Shown here piece by piece: positions 10,061 to 21,680 of a stretch of DNA of 33,880 nucleotides. Source of the stretch: Vannella sp. (Eukaryota). The notes below the pieces were generated by a model, which did no database searches, was not told the origin of the DNA, and worked only from the letters and a program-made list of their open reading frames with translations. The position numbers were made by a program, and so were the translations under genes. The DNA lies in the NCBI GenBank assembly GCA_023345925.1, contig JAJQQN010001314.1, positions 1 to 33,880 of the forward strand, given 5' to 3'. The first letter of the stretch is position 1; every line of letters begins with the position of its first letter.

Positions 10061-13000
10061 ATGCGGCAGGCCGAGCCGACTTGTCGGGCGCCTTTGGAGA
10101 AGCTGTTGGATGTGGATTATGATCCTCATGTCAGTGCGTCAGCTCAGAGTGAGGAGGCAACGGTGTGCTTTGAGGGGTTCATGTTGAGCCGATGGCGCGA
10201 GGTTTTGTATCGGTTTGGCATTGTTTTCACTCTTGGCGCGTTGTGGCTGATTGCGCGTTGGTTCCCTAAAGTTTATATTCGATTGAACTGCACGCCAAGC
10301 TCTCTCTACTGCGCAAACCGCGTGTGTGCCAAGGTATGAGAATACTTTCCCCTTTCTCCCTCTCATGCTTGGCCAGGGCAACTACAAGGAGATCACTCCA
10401 ATCCTACGAGAGAACAATGAGTACCTCTTCAACCAGGGCTCTATCAAGTACTTTGTGTGGCGCCATCAGACCTGGCGATGGCAAAAGGATGTGGATGAGC
10501 TCAGCTATTGCTCTCAATATCGCCCTGTAAGCTTCCCTTACAACAAACCTGTCTCCTCCTTCTGTAGTAAGCTTGGAATGGAGAGCGCCAACGATCATGA
10601 GGTGGAAAGGACCATGCTTAACCGCATCTACGGGAAGAATCTCATCACGATCTCTTTGCCTAACCCTCTGGCACTCCTTGTGGATGAAGTCCTTCATCCT
10701 TTCTACTTGTTCCAACTGTTCTCTGTTGTCCTGTGGTACATTGAACCATACTACACGTATGCAACTGCCATTGTCATTATCTCCACGATTGGTGCTGTCA
10801 TCGGTGTCACCCAAACCCGTCGTAACTTGGTCAATCTGCGCAAGCTTGCTGAGTACGAATGTCCTGTGAAGCTGTACTCCGTAGCCCATGGCAGTTCCCG
10901 CACAGTCTCCTCCAAGGAGCTGGTTCCTGGAGACATTATCGAGCTGGAAGAAGGTCTGGTGATGCCATGTGATGTCATGCTCTTGCAGGGCAAGTGTGTG
11001 GTGAACGAATCCATGCTTACTGGTGAGAGCGTCCCCGTAATCAAGTCCCCCATGGATGAGGATGAGCATTCCGTGTTTCAGCCCTCGTCTTCGAAGCATT
11101 CCAAGTTCTCTCTCTTTGGTGGAACACAAGTCCTTCAGATTAAGACTCTCCGTGAGCCCCACGTCCTCGGAATGGTCTACCAAACTGGCTTCTCCACCAG
11201 CAAAGGCCAGCTGGTCCGATCCATTCTCTTCCCCAAGCCCCTCAATATGAAGTTCTACCGCGACTCCTTCTACTTTGTGGGCTTCCTCTTCGCTCTGTGT
11301 ATGTATCTTCCCCCGCCTGCGCTCTAAGACTCACCCAAACACACATTTAGCGTGCAGTGGCTTCGCCCTCATGATTTTCCGCCTCATCGAGCTTCAAGTA
11401 CCAACCCATGTCATCGTCACTCGTGGATTAGACTTGTTTACGGTCGCCATTCCTCCGGCACTGCCGATTGCCTTGACCATTGGAACAGTGTTTGCTGTGG
11501 ATCGGCTGAAAAAGAAGAAGATCTCTTGCATTGCTCCCTCCCGAGTGAACCTTGCTGGCTTGGTGGAGACCTTCTGCTTTGATAAGACAGGGACACTCAC
11601 AGAAGATGGACTGGACGTGAAAGGGGTGCGGCCTGCCGCTTTCGGTGCAGCAGAATCCCATTTCGATGTTGAATGTGCCGAGCTTACTCATTGCAAGCAA
11701 CCTCATCTCATGAGAACACTCACTTGCTGTCACTCGTTGGCCCTTTTGGGGGATAACCTGGTTGGGGACAGTTTGGAAGTGAAAATGTTCCAAGAAACCA
11801 AATGGCGGCTGGAGGAAGTCTCCCACGACTCCCCTCATGCAAGCAAAGGTATCAAAATCTATGTTTGTGAACCAGAAGACACCATTCTTGCGCGACGCTT
11901 GGCAGACAATGAATATGTCTCGCGGGAATACGGAATTATCAAGTCCTTCGACTTCTCCTCAGAATCCCAGAGAATGTCGACACTCTGTTGCAGCTTGAAC
12001 ACAAACGACCTCTTCGTTTGCTGCAAGGGCGCTCCAGAAGTGATTGGAGATATCTGTAATCCATCCTCTCGTACGTAGCGTTGCGTCGTTAGAATTGGCT
12101 ATTACTGACGAATCTTCGTAGTTCCCGAAGATTACAATGACGTTCTTGCGGACTACACTCGTTGTGGATTCCGTGTGCTCGCGTGTGCTTATCGGCCACT
12201 CGAGCAGGTAGTAGCAGAGGCCGTTAAAATGACAAGGTGTGTGTTTTACTTCTGGTATGCTGCTAGGGAGCTCATTACTTCACAGAGATGAGATAGAGAA
12301 GGACCTGGAGTTTGCCGGTCTCCTAATCATGCAGAACACACTCAAGGATGCCACAATCGGCGCTCTTCAGAAGCTGAACAAAGCCAAGATCAATTCAATC
12401 ATGGTCACCGGAGATAACCCCCGAACTGCCTGCTACGTAGCTGTGGCATGCAAGATGGTGAGTCCTGAGAAATCCATTTATATCTCCCACGTGGAGCCTG
12501 GACAAGGTGTCCTTTGGCAGGATATCAATGACAGTCGTGCTGCACCATTGGAACTCTTCAGTCTCCTGTATGGGACCAATTCTTTGCCCTTGGGAGGTCC
12601 CAACAAGATCCAGAATAGTACATATGATCTGATTAACAAGGTTGACTCCTCGGTGGAGCTTGCAGTAACTGGTACTGCCTTTGAGATCTTACAAAAGTCT
12701 CCCCATGAGTTCCAAGCTGTCCTCAAACATGCGCATGTGTACGCTCGCATGAAGCCAGACCAGAAACAGTTCCTTGTTGAGTCTCTGGAACAGACAGGAC
12801 TTACTGTCGGCATGTGTGGAGATGGTGCTAATGATTGCGGTGCTCTCAAAGCTGCTGATGTTGGTATCTCATTATCGGAAGCCGAGGCATCCATTGCAGC
12901 TCCTTTCACCAGTGCCGTGCCCAACATTGGGTGTGTTTCACGACTGCTCAGAGACGGTCGTTGCGCATTGGTGACCTCTTTCCAGGCCTTCAAATTCATG

Positions 13001-13724
13001 GCGTCTTACTCTCTCATTCAATTTACCACGTGCATGATCCTCTACACTATTGCAGCAATGCTCTCAGACTTTGAGTTCCTCTGGATTGACCTCTTTGTCG
13101 TCATGCCTCTGGCGTTTGCCAGCGAATTCACCGGACCCCATAGTGACTTGACAGACCGACGACCAACAGCCACTTTAATGGGGTGGAATGTCATTTCCTC
13201 CCTTTTGGCACAGAATGCGATCAATATTGCTTTCCAAATTGGATCTTATGCCTTGTTACTGACTCAGGATTGGCACGTCAAACCTCCCATTATTCCTGGG
13301 CAAGAAAATTCTGGTACTGCTGAAGTCACCACTCTCTTCCTGGTAGCAAACTTCCAGTACATCACTTCCGTGTTTTCGTACAGCGTGGGCAAACCTTACC
13401 GCAAACCATTCTATTCCAATAGTAAGTGACCGTGATTCCATCCTCTTTCCAGAGCCTAACCATTAGCCAGTTTACTATGTTATCTGCCTAATCCTTACAA
13501 CCGGAGCCAATTTGGTTCTGTTGCTGTGGCCGGTAGGTTGGATCTCCAAGTTATTCAAAATGGAAGTGTTGCCAACCAGCTTCCGATTGATGCTGCTCGT
13601 TATCATCATTACCAACTCCGTCACTGTACTTGCTGCTGAGTCACTTCACCAGTATCTTTTTGTTTCTCGTGATGTTTGCAACGACCAAGCAGAATCCACC
13701 AAGAAGATGTCCACCCAAAACTAA
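10061..13724 (+). CDS. P5B-type P-type ATPase (ATP13A2/3, Ypk9-like; putative polyamine transporter)
   Basis: Introns 10334-10376, 11299-11350, 12071-12121, 12237-12285 and 13422-13470. Motifs HPFYLFQ, ESMLTGESVP, PPALP (P5B signature), DKTGTLT, KGAPE, TGDN, GDGANDCGALK. Start codon uncertain. Confidence 0.95.
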
Positions 13725-14007
13725 AAATACAGAAGAACGGCTTGCCAGAAGAAGGAGACTTTAAAAAAGACCGTTAGATGATTTTCTTCAATTTATGACG
13801 CATTTCAGACAATATTGAAAGGAGAGACAAAATAGGCTAAACAGTTGAACCAAGATTTTTCACTTTCTGAGAATACGAAATTATGTTTGGATATTCAACG
13901 AATCTTGCCTTCCCGATCTGGGCAAACAACCAAAAGCAGACTATTCGCATCGTACTGTCTTGCCACCAAGGAAGAAGGGGAGCTCATTCCTAAACCCACT
14001 CCTTGAC

Positions 14008-14670
14008 ATGACTTGGTCCGACGCGCTCAAGTGGGTCGTGCGCCACGGGGATGAAGAACCTGCAGATCTTCAAAAGCTAGACCACTACTTGATGACTGTA
14101 ACAGTACACGCTAATGCCGGTCCCTCTGGCAGTACTCTTCTCCACTTTGCAGTTCTTGGATCTGTAGTGGTTGTCCGGCACCTGCTAAGACGAGGAGCAC
14201 CAATCGACCAAGCCAACACCTTAGGAGCCACTCCGCTTCACTGGGCAGCTCGACATGCAAACGCTAAAATGGTCCGCGTCCTCTTATCAAACGGAGCGGA
14301 GGTTGCTTCCCTTGACCAAGACGGTAACACGCCATTACACTACGCTGCTGAAGCTGGGAACCTCAGCACCTTGAAAGAGCTGATTCCGTTGACCTCTCTC
14401 AATCACACCAATATCTATGGCCGTAGCCCGTTGAGGGTGGCGTGCTACGAAGAAGAAACAAAGGCGATCAGCCTCCTCGTCAAGTCGGGTGCCCGAGTTC
14501 CCAACTCTCTCCTTCAGGAGGTCTTTGCTCATAGCCCTTCCAAAGTGTACCGAGCACTTCGCGTTCCCTTAGAACCTTGCCCTTCTCATACACTCACGAC
14601 ACCAGCCCCCAACGAAGCTGAAACGAGACCCAACTCTTCACCCCCGAATAGGGCTCCCATTGCACTTTAA
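14008..14670 (+). CDS. Ankyrin-repeat protein
   Basis: About 4 ANK repeats (GSTLLHFA, GATPLHWAA, GNTPLHYAA, GRSPLRVA). First in-frame ATG at 14008. Confidence 0.85.
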   Translation: MTWSDALKWVVRHGDEEPADLQKLDHYLMTVTVHANAGPSGSTLLHFAVLGSVVVVRHLLRRGAPIDQANTLGATPLHWAARHANAKMVRVLLSNGAEVASLDQDGNTPLHYAAEAGNLSTLKELIPLTSLNHTNIYGRSPLRVACYEEETKAISLLVKSGARVPNSLLQEVFAHSPSKVYRALRVPLEPCPSHTLTTPAPNEAETRPNSSPPNRAPIAL

Positions 14671-14885
14671 TTATTATTGAAAACCATTAAAAATTGTACA
14701 CTTTCCAGTCATCTCCTTCTCCTGGCTGCAACTAACCCCTACTCAGAGTTAGATCTTTCAACAGAACATGACCGGCCCGCCGCAGCAAGCACATGGTCCC
14801 TTTGCGTCTTCTATCACATCCTATCGGTGATGAGTACACCAATCCGATCCAATACACGAGTTTTATGACTGGACCGTAACTCTCC

Positions 14886-16931
14886 ATGCCGCTTGCCCCA
14901 GTGAAGGACCTTTTTCCCTTTCCTTGGGACGATATCACTGCAGGACGAGTCATTATTGCACAATTGGACAGTTTGAGTCATTGTTGGATGGCCAAAGGGG
15001 GAACGACGGTAAAGGTCCTCACCGTGTTGTACCTGAGTGTGCGGTCTCTGAGATCTGCGAGCACTAACCTGGGCCATACGATACTTGCCTTCGACTATGG
15101 GAGAGCAGAACTGAGCGTGCTTGGACCGAAAGCTCGCTCGATCCCTTTTGAACGGATCTTACAAGTGGAGTTTGAAGAGCTGGATGTTCGGCTTGTTCTG
15201 GAGTCTGATGAGCTTACGTATGACGCTATTCTCTCTCCTCGTTGGCATCTCATTGACTGGAGGGAGCAGAGAGATAGACGTGACGATGTTTTGCACCAGG
15301 GACTGCAACAACCTCACCCAGCTCCTTGGTAACGTCATCAGTAACAAGGGCAATCTTCATCTTGACGATGGGCCCTTCTTACCCAACCTCTTTGAAGCTT
15401 ACAAGCCTCAAATCTGCATCCGTCGGTCAAACGTCTCCCAAAAGAGCCTGAAGATCCGCGGCCAACCTGGCAGATTGGGTACTTTGGTCAAGAAGACTGT
15501 TAAGAAGCCTTCCGAGGCTTCAGGGATCCACATTGGTATCCTTCACCTCACAGAGACGCATCTACTTTGCTTTGAAAGCGCCGAATCCTCGGCCCCAATC
15601 CTCATCTTCCCCTCAGAAGGCCTTGCTTGGAGGCTTTCTAAGCAATCTGATGAGCGGGTCACCTTTACTTGCTCTGGTGACCGAGGATCCTTCCAATTAG
15701 AGAACTCCGTGAGTCTCCCTTCACTCAAAGGAGTCTTCTGACCAGCTCCCCGCTTATGTAGGACCAAGCATCGCTTTGGCTGGATGCTTGTGAACGAGCT
15801 AAGACGCTCAGAGAGGGTGATATCGTCCAGCTATCCCCTATCGAGAGTCAACTGAGGACCCACTTTGCTGCAACTTTCGAACTGCACGACTACGAGCACA
15901 TGCAGCTCCTGAATAGGTTATGGGACGCTACTTCCTTGGGAAAGAACCCTACGGACGGTTCGCATATTCCATTTGAAGTGCAAAATCAGCGTTGGAGAGT
16001 TCTCGGCTTTCAAGGAGACGATCCCACGAGTGACCTTCGTGCTTCGGGAGTGCTGGGGCTTCATGCTCTTGTCTATTTTGCAGAGAATTATACTGGGTTG
16101 TTTTTACACCTTGCCAGAGAGCAGACACAGGTCTCTCCAGATATGTATTATCCGGTTGCCACCGCAGGTATTAATATCACTTTTTTGATGACCAAGCTAC
16201 TGGGTCTATCGCGCCAAGCAATGTGGTGTCCGAGTCTTTCTATGCACCCTCTATTTTTCTACAAGCCCTGTGCATGGGAGGAGCTCTACACGATCATAAC
16301 CAGGTTCTTCGACCAAAAGTGGAAACGAATGATGGTTGGCTACATGGGTTTCCAACTGGTTCTTGATGCAACAGAAGAATCTATTTCTGAATACCTCAAC
16401 AAAAGGAGCGTGGGAACAGTCCCAGCTATCTTTGATATGCTGGGTATCTTGGTTGAAGACCTAGACTCTTTCCGCCAGGCTTCCCTTCAAGACGTCCTCC
16501 CAGTCTTAAATACTGCTCCTCTCCGTTTGAAGACAAAAAAGAAGAGATCGTCAAATTCTCCACACTCCCGAGTTAGCCGAAAGAAGGAGTCTCGGCCTAG
16601 TAGTCCTGATGGAACCTCTCCCCGTCCTCAGGAGAAAAGGAGAATGGCTTCAATGACTCACGCCGCATCAGATTTCCATCTTGATTTGAACCAGATCCGA
16701 AATGAAGTCGGCGATGCTGCCCAGCGCCTGGTTCAAACTGTTCGGCTCCCATCAAGAGACGGCTGGAAGCGGAGAAACTCTCGCACCCTCCGCCGCTCTG
16801 ACAGTGGAGGTGATTTATCATTGTCTGGCACGCCCAGGTTCCTTTCTAGATCAACTACTGGAGAGAGCCAAACTCATTTGACGGAAAAGATACCCGACCA
16901 ACGGGCCCAAGGTGAAACAGAAGAGTTCTAA
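14886..16931 (+). CDS. ELMO/CED-12 domain protein (ELMOD-like Arf/Arl GAP domain) with PH-like N-terminal region
   Basis: Introns 15218-15269 and 15709-15761 join the frames. ELMO motif WRVLGFQGDDPTSDLRASGVLGL and YPVATAGINIT; PH-like stretch ending QASLWLDACE. 5' end unresolved. Confidence 0.82.
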
Positions 16932-16959
16932 ATATGATTGACAGCAAACAACTTCATTA

Positions 16960-19821
16960 TTAGTCTGCCAAAAGGATTTCCTCGATTTCATCAGAGACTT
17001 GGAGGACCTCGTCCTTAGCAACGAGCTTACTCTGCGCTTCCTCTCTCAGGGAGGTTGTTGGTTCGCAAGCTTTTTCGTTTTCAGGGTTCTCGTCGAAGAT
17101 AGTCTTGATAATGTGCAAGCGCTTGATGATCTCCTCAAAGTCGGGGCGGTCTTCGGGTTCTGTTTTCCAACAATCCTCTGTTAGTTGAACCAGTTCGTCC
17201 AAAGTGTTGGCAGGAATCTCTGGATAGTCTTCCATGCTAATAGCGCTCACAATCTGGAGGGGATTGAGACCTTGGAAGGGAGGATGATGAGTGATAAACT
17301 CGTAAAGAACCATTCCAAAGGAGTAGACATCGGACTTGGGAGTGTAAGGCATCCTCTTTCGAAGAATCTCTGGAGCACACCAGTTCACTGAGCCAACCTT
17401 GGAGTTCAACGAGCGACCGGAAGTGGCTTTTGAGAGTCCAAAGTCGGCGACTTTCACTACATAGTCCGTATTGACCAACAAGTTAAGGGATTTGAGGTCA
17501 CGGTGGACAATGACAGGATCCTGATCGTGTAAATAGTTGATCCCCTCCGCAGCATCAATAGCCATCAGAATCTTTCGGGTCCAGGGCAAATTAGGCTCCT
17601 TTTTGAGGACATCTGAAAGGTTGCCACGTTCCATGTACTCTGTAATGAGGAATGACTTTGTCTCCAAAACACCTCCAATGAAAGCGAGAATATTCTTGTG
17701 CTGTAACATACTGCCAGGCCAATGAGTCTAGGAAGGGAAAACAACAGAAAGGTACTCACCTCATCAATTCAATTTCCATTTGAAAGTTCTCGTATTCTCT
17801 GTCTCTCATGTCATCACAGAATAGACGTTTGACAGCGACAGGTCGGTCACGCCAGGTGGCTTTATAGACCATCCCAAAGCCACCTTGGCCAATCTTCTCT
17901 CCCCACATAATCTCGTTGCTTTGGATAGCCCCAAAGTTGCGGAGTTGATTCGCTCTCTTTTGAACAAAAGCCATTTCTCCTCCAGCTGGAACTAAATCAA
18001 GAGCCATTTCATCGTTCTCGGCGTGCACAGTCAGTTCGAACTTGCCCAGTTGGTTCGCTTCGAAAGTACAGCAGACGATTATATAAATGCCTGCCTCAAT
18101 TTCCATCTGTAGCGTGGACTCGTGAGATCCCTTAGGAAACTGTGAACCCCGAACATCCGTGGTGAGAGAGACCTCTTGAATGGGATTGGAAGTCTCAGCA
18201 GGGATGATGTAGTACCCAATGACGTTATCTGGCGTCACTTGGGTCAAGACAATTGCCACGCGTGACTTCTGAGATATCGTTAGGGCAAATTGGGGGTTCT
18301 GTAACCAAGTCCGCTTCTCGTTGATGCATCCCCCACAGAAACCCTCCGTCCAGAACCCTTGGAGAGACTTGGCGCGCCACTCTGTGTTACAGGGCAGTAG
18401 CTGGAGGATATCTTTGGCTCGCACATGCGAAGAACTCTTCGCCTGAATGACACACACCGAAAGGCGGAACTTTTGGTAAATGTTTGGATGGAATGTGCAC
18501 GGAATTATCGCGTGTGGCTCATCAGACACGTCAAGAACACACTCCTCAGTGATAGATCGCTGCTTTTTGAAGCCTGACTTGGTGATTAGGTCCTCAGGAG
18601 GAAGCACGACGATTTGACTTCCATTCCCTTTGGTAACGTAGAAGCCAATGGACTTGCAGACGGGGTCGTATTGCTCGAGTGTGATGGCCACTTTAGCCTT
18701 CTGCTTCATGATGAGGAAGAACTGCGGGTTCTCTCGCCACGTGGGGTTGTTCACACAACCGCCTGCTTCCCCGTCCTTCCATTCAGAGGTAATGGAGACC
18801 TCCTTAGCATCTTGGAGGGGCTGTAGTTTGACGTTTGAATCGCTAAACACAGTCACAGAGAAGGTGGACTCGCTCCCTTGTTCGAAAGTGCAAGGAAGGA
18901 TCACGTACTTGCTCTTAGCGGCCAACTCGAGCTTCAAACTGGCTGAAAGTCCACTTCTGTGAGTATTCAACACCTACATAGTGGTCCAACTCACCCTCAG
19001 GAGCTCGTACGAACTCAGACTTTGCCAGTGGATCTGTACGGAGCTTGGAAAGCTTGTATGTGGTAGCTGTGAATTCACATAAGTCTCAAAGACCCCAATA
19101 CAGTGCCCATTGGACCTACACTTGGCCGCCAGCACGTAGAACCCGATGGCATCAAAGGCTTCCGTCGAGTTCTGGGACAGGAGAATGGTGCAAGTTGTCG
19201 CCTTACGCGTCCTGAGGAGGAACTGAGGGTTGTTGATGCATGTAAGGTGATTTCGGCATCCCCCCGCTGACTTTCCTCGCCATTCGTCCTTGGCTGTCAC
19301 CCACTTCCACTCGCGGTCTTCTGGAAGAGGTTGGATGTCCACTGATCCAGTGGATTGGAACTCCAGGCTGAATCGGCCTTCCTGGCTGGGCATGAAGGTG
19401 CAAGGGATGAGCACGTAAGTGCATGAGGGTTTGAGGGTAAACTGCTCTGCTACGAAGGGCTCATCCTCAAAGGATACGCGCCCTACGAGGTTGGGCTTGT
19501 GTAGGATGATCTGTCTCCTCCCAGAGCCTAACAAGGTGAGGACTGGGCCCTTATAGAGGCAGAAGGACCAGCGTACCATCGCTGATAGCCAAGTAGAACC
19601 CAATGTGGAAGGAGGTGCCTTCCTGGCGAAGTGTGATCTTCAGAGTGCGCTTCTTATCAACGGAAAGGAAGAGCTGAGGGTTAAAGCGCCACGTGGGATG
19701 ATTTAAACAACCTCCCGCAGACTTTCCTCTCCACTGGCCCTGAACAGCCCACGTCACTCCTCTCCTCCCCTCCCAACCAACTCATCCTTACCCCAACCTT
19801 CCTCGTCTTCAGCGTAGGCAT
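16960..19821 (-). CDS. Four tandem calpain domain-III (C2-like) domains fused to a TKL/Raf-like protein kinase (~868 aa, 6 exons)
   Basis: Introns 19740-19791, 19528-19576, 19067-19119, 18943-18994 and 17711-17759 (2607 nt spliced). Four W..xxxGGC..NPQ[F/L] ... [I/L/C][P/C]CTF units; kinase GQGGFG, VAVK, HRDLKSLN, DFG, WCAPE. Confidence 0.9.
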
Positions 19822-19940
19822 GACAACCCCCCAAGAGACGCCAAAAGAAGATCCAAAAACCTTCCCTAAAACCTCCTAATCCAGCCCGTTCAATACAACA
19901 GATCCTTTTGATTTATCATTTTAATAGCGTCATTGTTTTA

Positions 19941-21630
19941 ATGGCCCATTTGGAGGGTGATTGGGCGAACGACGTCTTTTCCTTCGATGGGGAGGCGAAT
20001 CCTGGCTCTGGGGCACTGCACTCTCCTCGTTACATCTTGGATGATGTTGTGTCTCCTTTTGACGACCCTGCTGGTCCCGCGGGGTCCCTTTTCGACCAAC
20101 CTTTGAAACCGTCTTGGGAGGACGAAAGCCCGGCAAAGGTGTGCCCAGTGCTCTTTGATAGTTGTCATTGCGTTCATAACCCTTGGATGTAGAGCTTTGC
20201 TCTGGGGCGTGCAGAGCCAGAACGCCAGGAAGTCGATTACTTTAGCCCAGTCCTTGCACAGGTCCCTCCCGTTCCTGATCGCTCGAAGAGGGAGGCTGAC
20301 TTTACGTACACCTCATTGCTGAAGAATACGCAGCCTTCACAAGTCTTCACCGCTGAGGAGTTGGTCGATGAGCCGATTGCGATTGAAGTACGTTGTGGAG
20401 AGTGCTGAGTCTCTGCTGATTATTCAGAAGTCCAAGAAAGAGGTATTCGCGGATGGTACAATGTTCAAAGTGCATGTCAGCAAGCCGCAGATCCAAGGGG
20501 ATGGAGTGTACTCCTTCGTAACGTACACAGTAACGACCCAGACCACTCTGGACCTCTACCAGAACAAGGACATGGAAGTGAAACGTCGATTTAGTGACTT
20601 CCTGTGGCTCCAGGAGCAGCTAATGGAGAACAACAAGGGAATCGTGATCCCGCCCGTACCCGAAAAGGACCTTTTGAAGACTAACAAGATCAGTGGCAAT
20701 CGCTTTAGTGACCACTTCTTAGAGTACCGTCGCCGTGAGCTTGAGCGCTTCTTGCAAAGGGTAACAGAGCACCCTATCCTTCGTACCAGCAAATCAGTCC
20801 AGGTCTTCCTCGAGACCAAGGGAGAGGCCCAATTTTCGTCCGCCAAGGCAGCAGAAGAGAAACCAAAGACTGGAGGCTTCTTTGCTAAACTAAGCAAGGC
20901 AGTTTCGGGCACATCAGGCACTGAAATTGATCCCTGGTTCGCTGAAAAGACAAAGTACATTAGTGCATTGAAGCAGAGACTGGAGACCCTTTCACAGGCT
21001 GCTCTTACTGTTAACTCATATCATCAGAGTGCAACTGAAGTCCATACTCCGTTCATGGAAGCACTTGGGGGAATGAGTTCACTCGACACCACCGCCGACC
21101 CGGCTCTTTCTCTCTCATGTCGGCGACTGAGCGAAATCATCGCACAGCTGGAGCTTTGCGAGCACGAACTGGTAACTCTCTTTGCCAGGGTAAATGGCCA
21201 AGTGATTGACTTGACTTAGACTTTGAATTCGGGAGCCGGATTTGTGGATGTCCTGGGAGACTACGTCCGGCTGACAGAGAACGTTCAAAAAGTTCTTGAT
21301 TGGCGATTGAGCAAACTGGCGGATCTACAGCAAGCTGAAAGAGACCTTCAGCGTCTTAAAGGACCTCCCAACCTGGCAGATGCGGTAAGTCAGAAACACG
21401 AATTCTACTAGAGTGTGACAGGGACCCCATCACAGGCTCGCCAAAAGATCGAAGAAGCTCGAGAGATCTTCGAAGCATCTTCTGAACTGGTCAAATCTGA
21501 AATCATCCGCTTCGAAGAGGCCAAAACAAAGGAAATCCAATTCGCCATGCTCGAGTTCGTCCAATTCAACTTGAATCGAGAAGTGATGATGCGCGATCTC
21601 TGGCGCAAATTTGTGGCCAATATGGAGTGA
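19941..21630 (+). CDS. Sorting nexin, PX-BAR (SNX1/2, Vps5-like)
   Basis: PX motifs VKRRFSDFLWL, IPPVPEK, FLEYRRRELERFL, followed by helical BAR ending EIIRFEEAKTKEI...LWRKF. Introns at 20139-20192, 20388-20427, ~21172-21219 and ~21385-21434. Confidence 0.9.
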
Positions 21631-21680
21631 AGGAAAGGATTAAAAGGCTTTTCTGTCATTTTTTCTTGGCCTGGGTTGGC

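Noticed and set aside
10404..11183. Long antisense ORFs (259 aa here; also 21408-22091, 24028-24663, 12478-12999)
   Set aside because: Shadow ORFs opposite well-supported genes, with no recognisable motifs.
13770..13875. Possible C/D snoRNA or SECIS-like element in the gap after the P5B ATPase
   Set aside because: Poor box C (GATGATT), no terminal stem, and no in-frame UGA candidate in the upstream gene.
14827..14885. Perfect box C (GTGATGA) upstream of the ELMO gene
   Set aside because: No box D CTGA with a terminal stem at a suitable distance; probably UTR or an unresolved coding exon.
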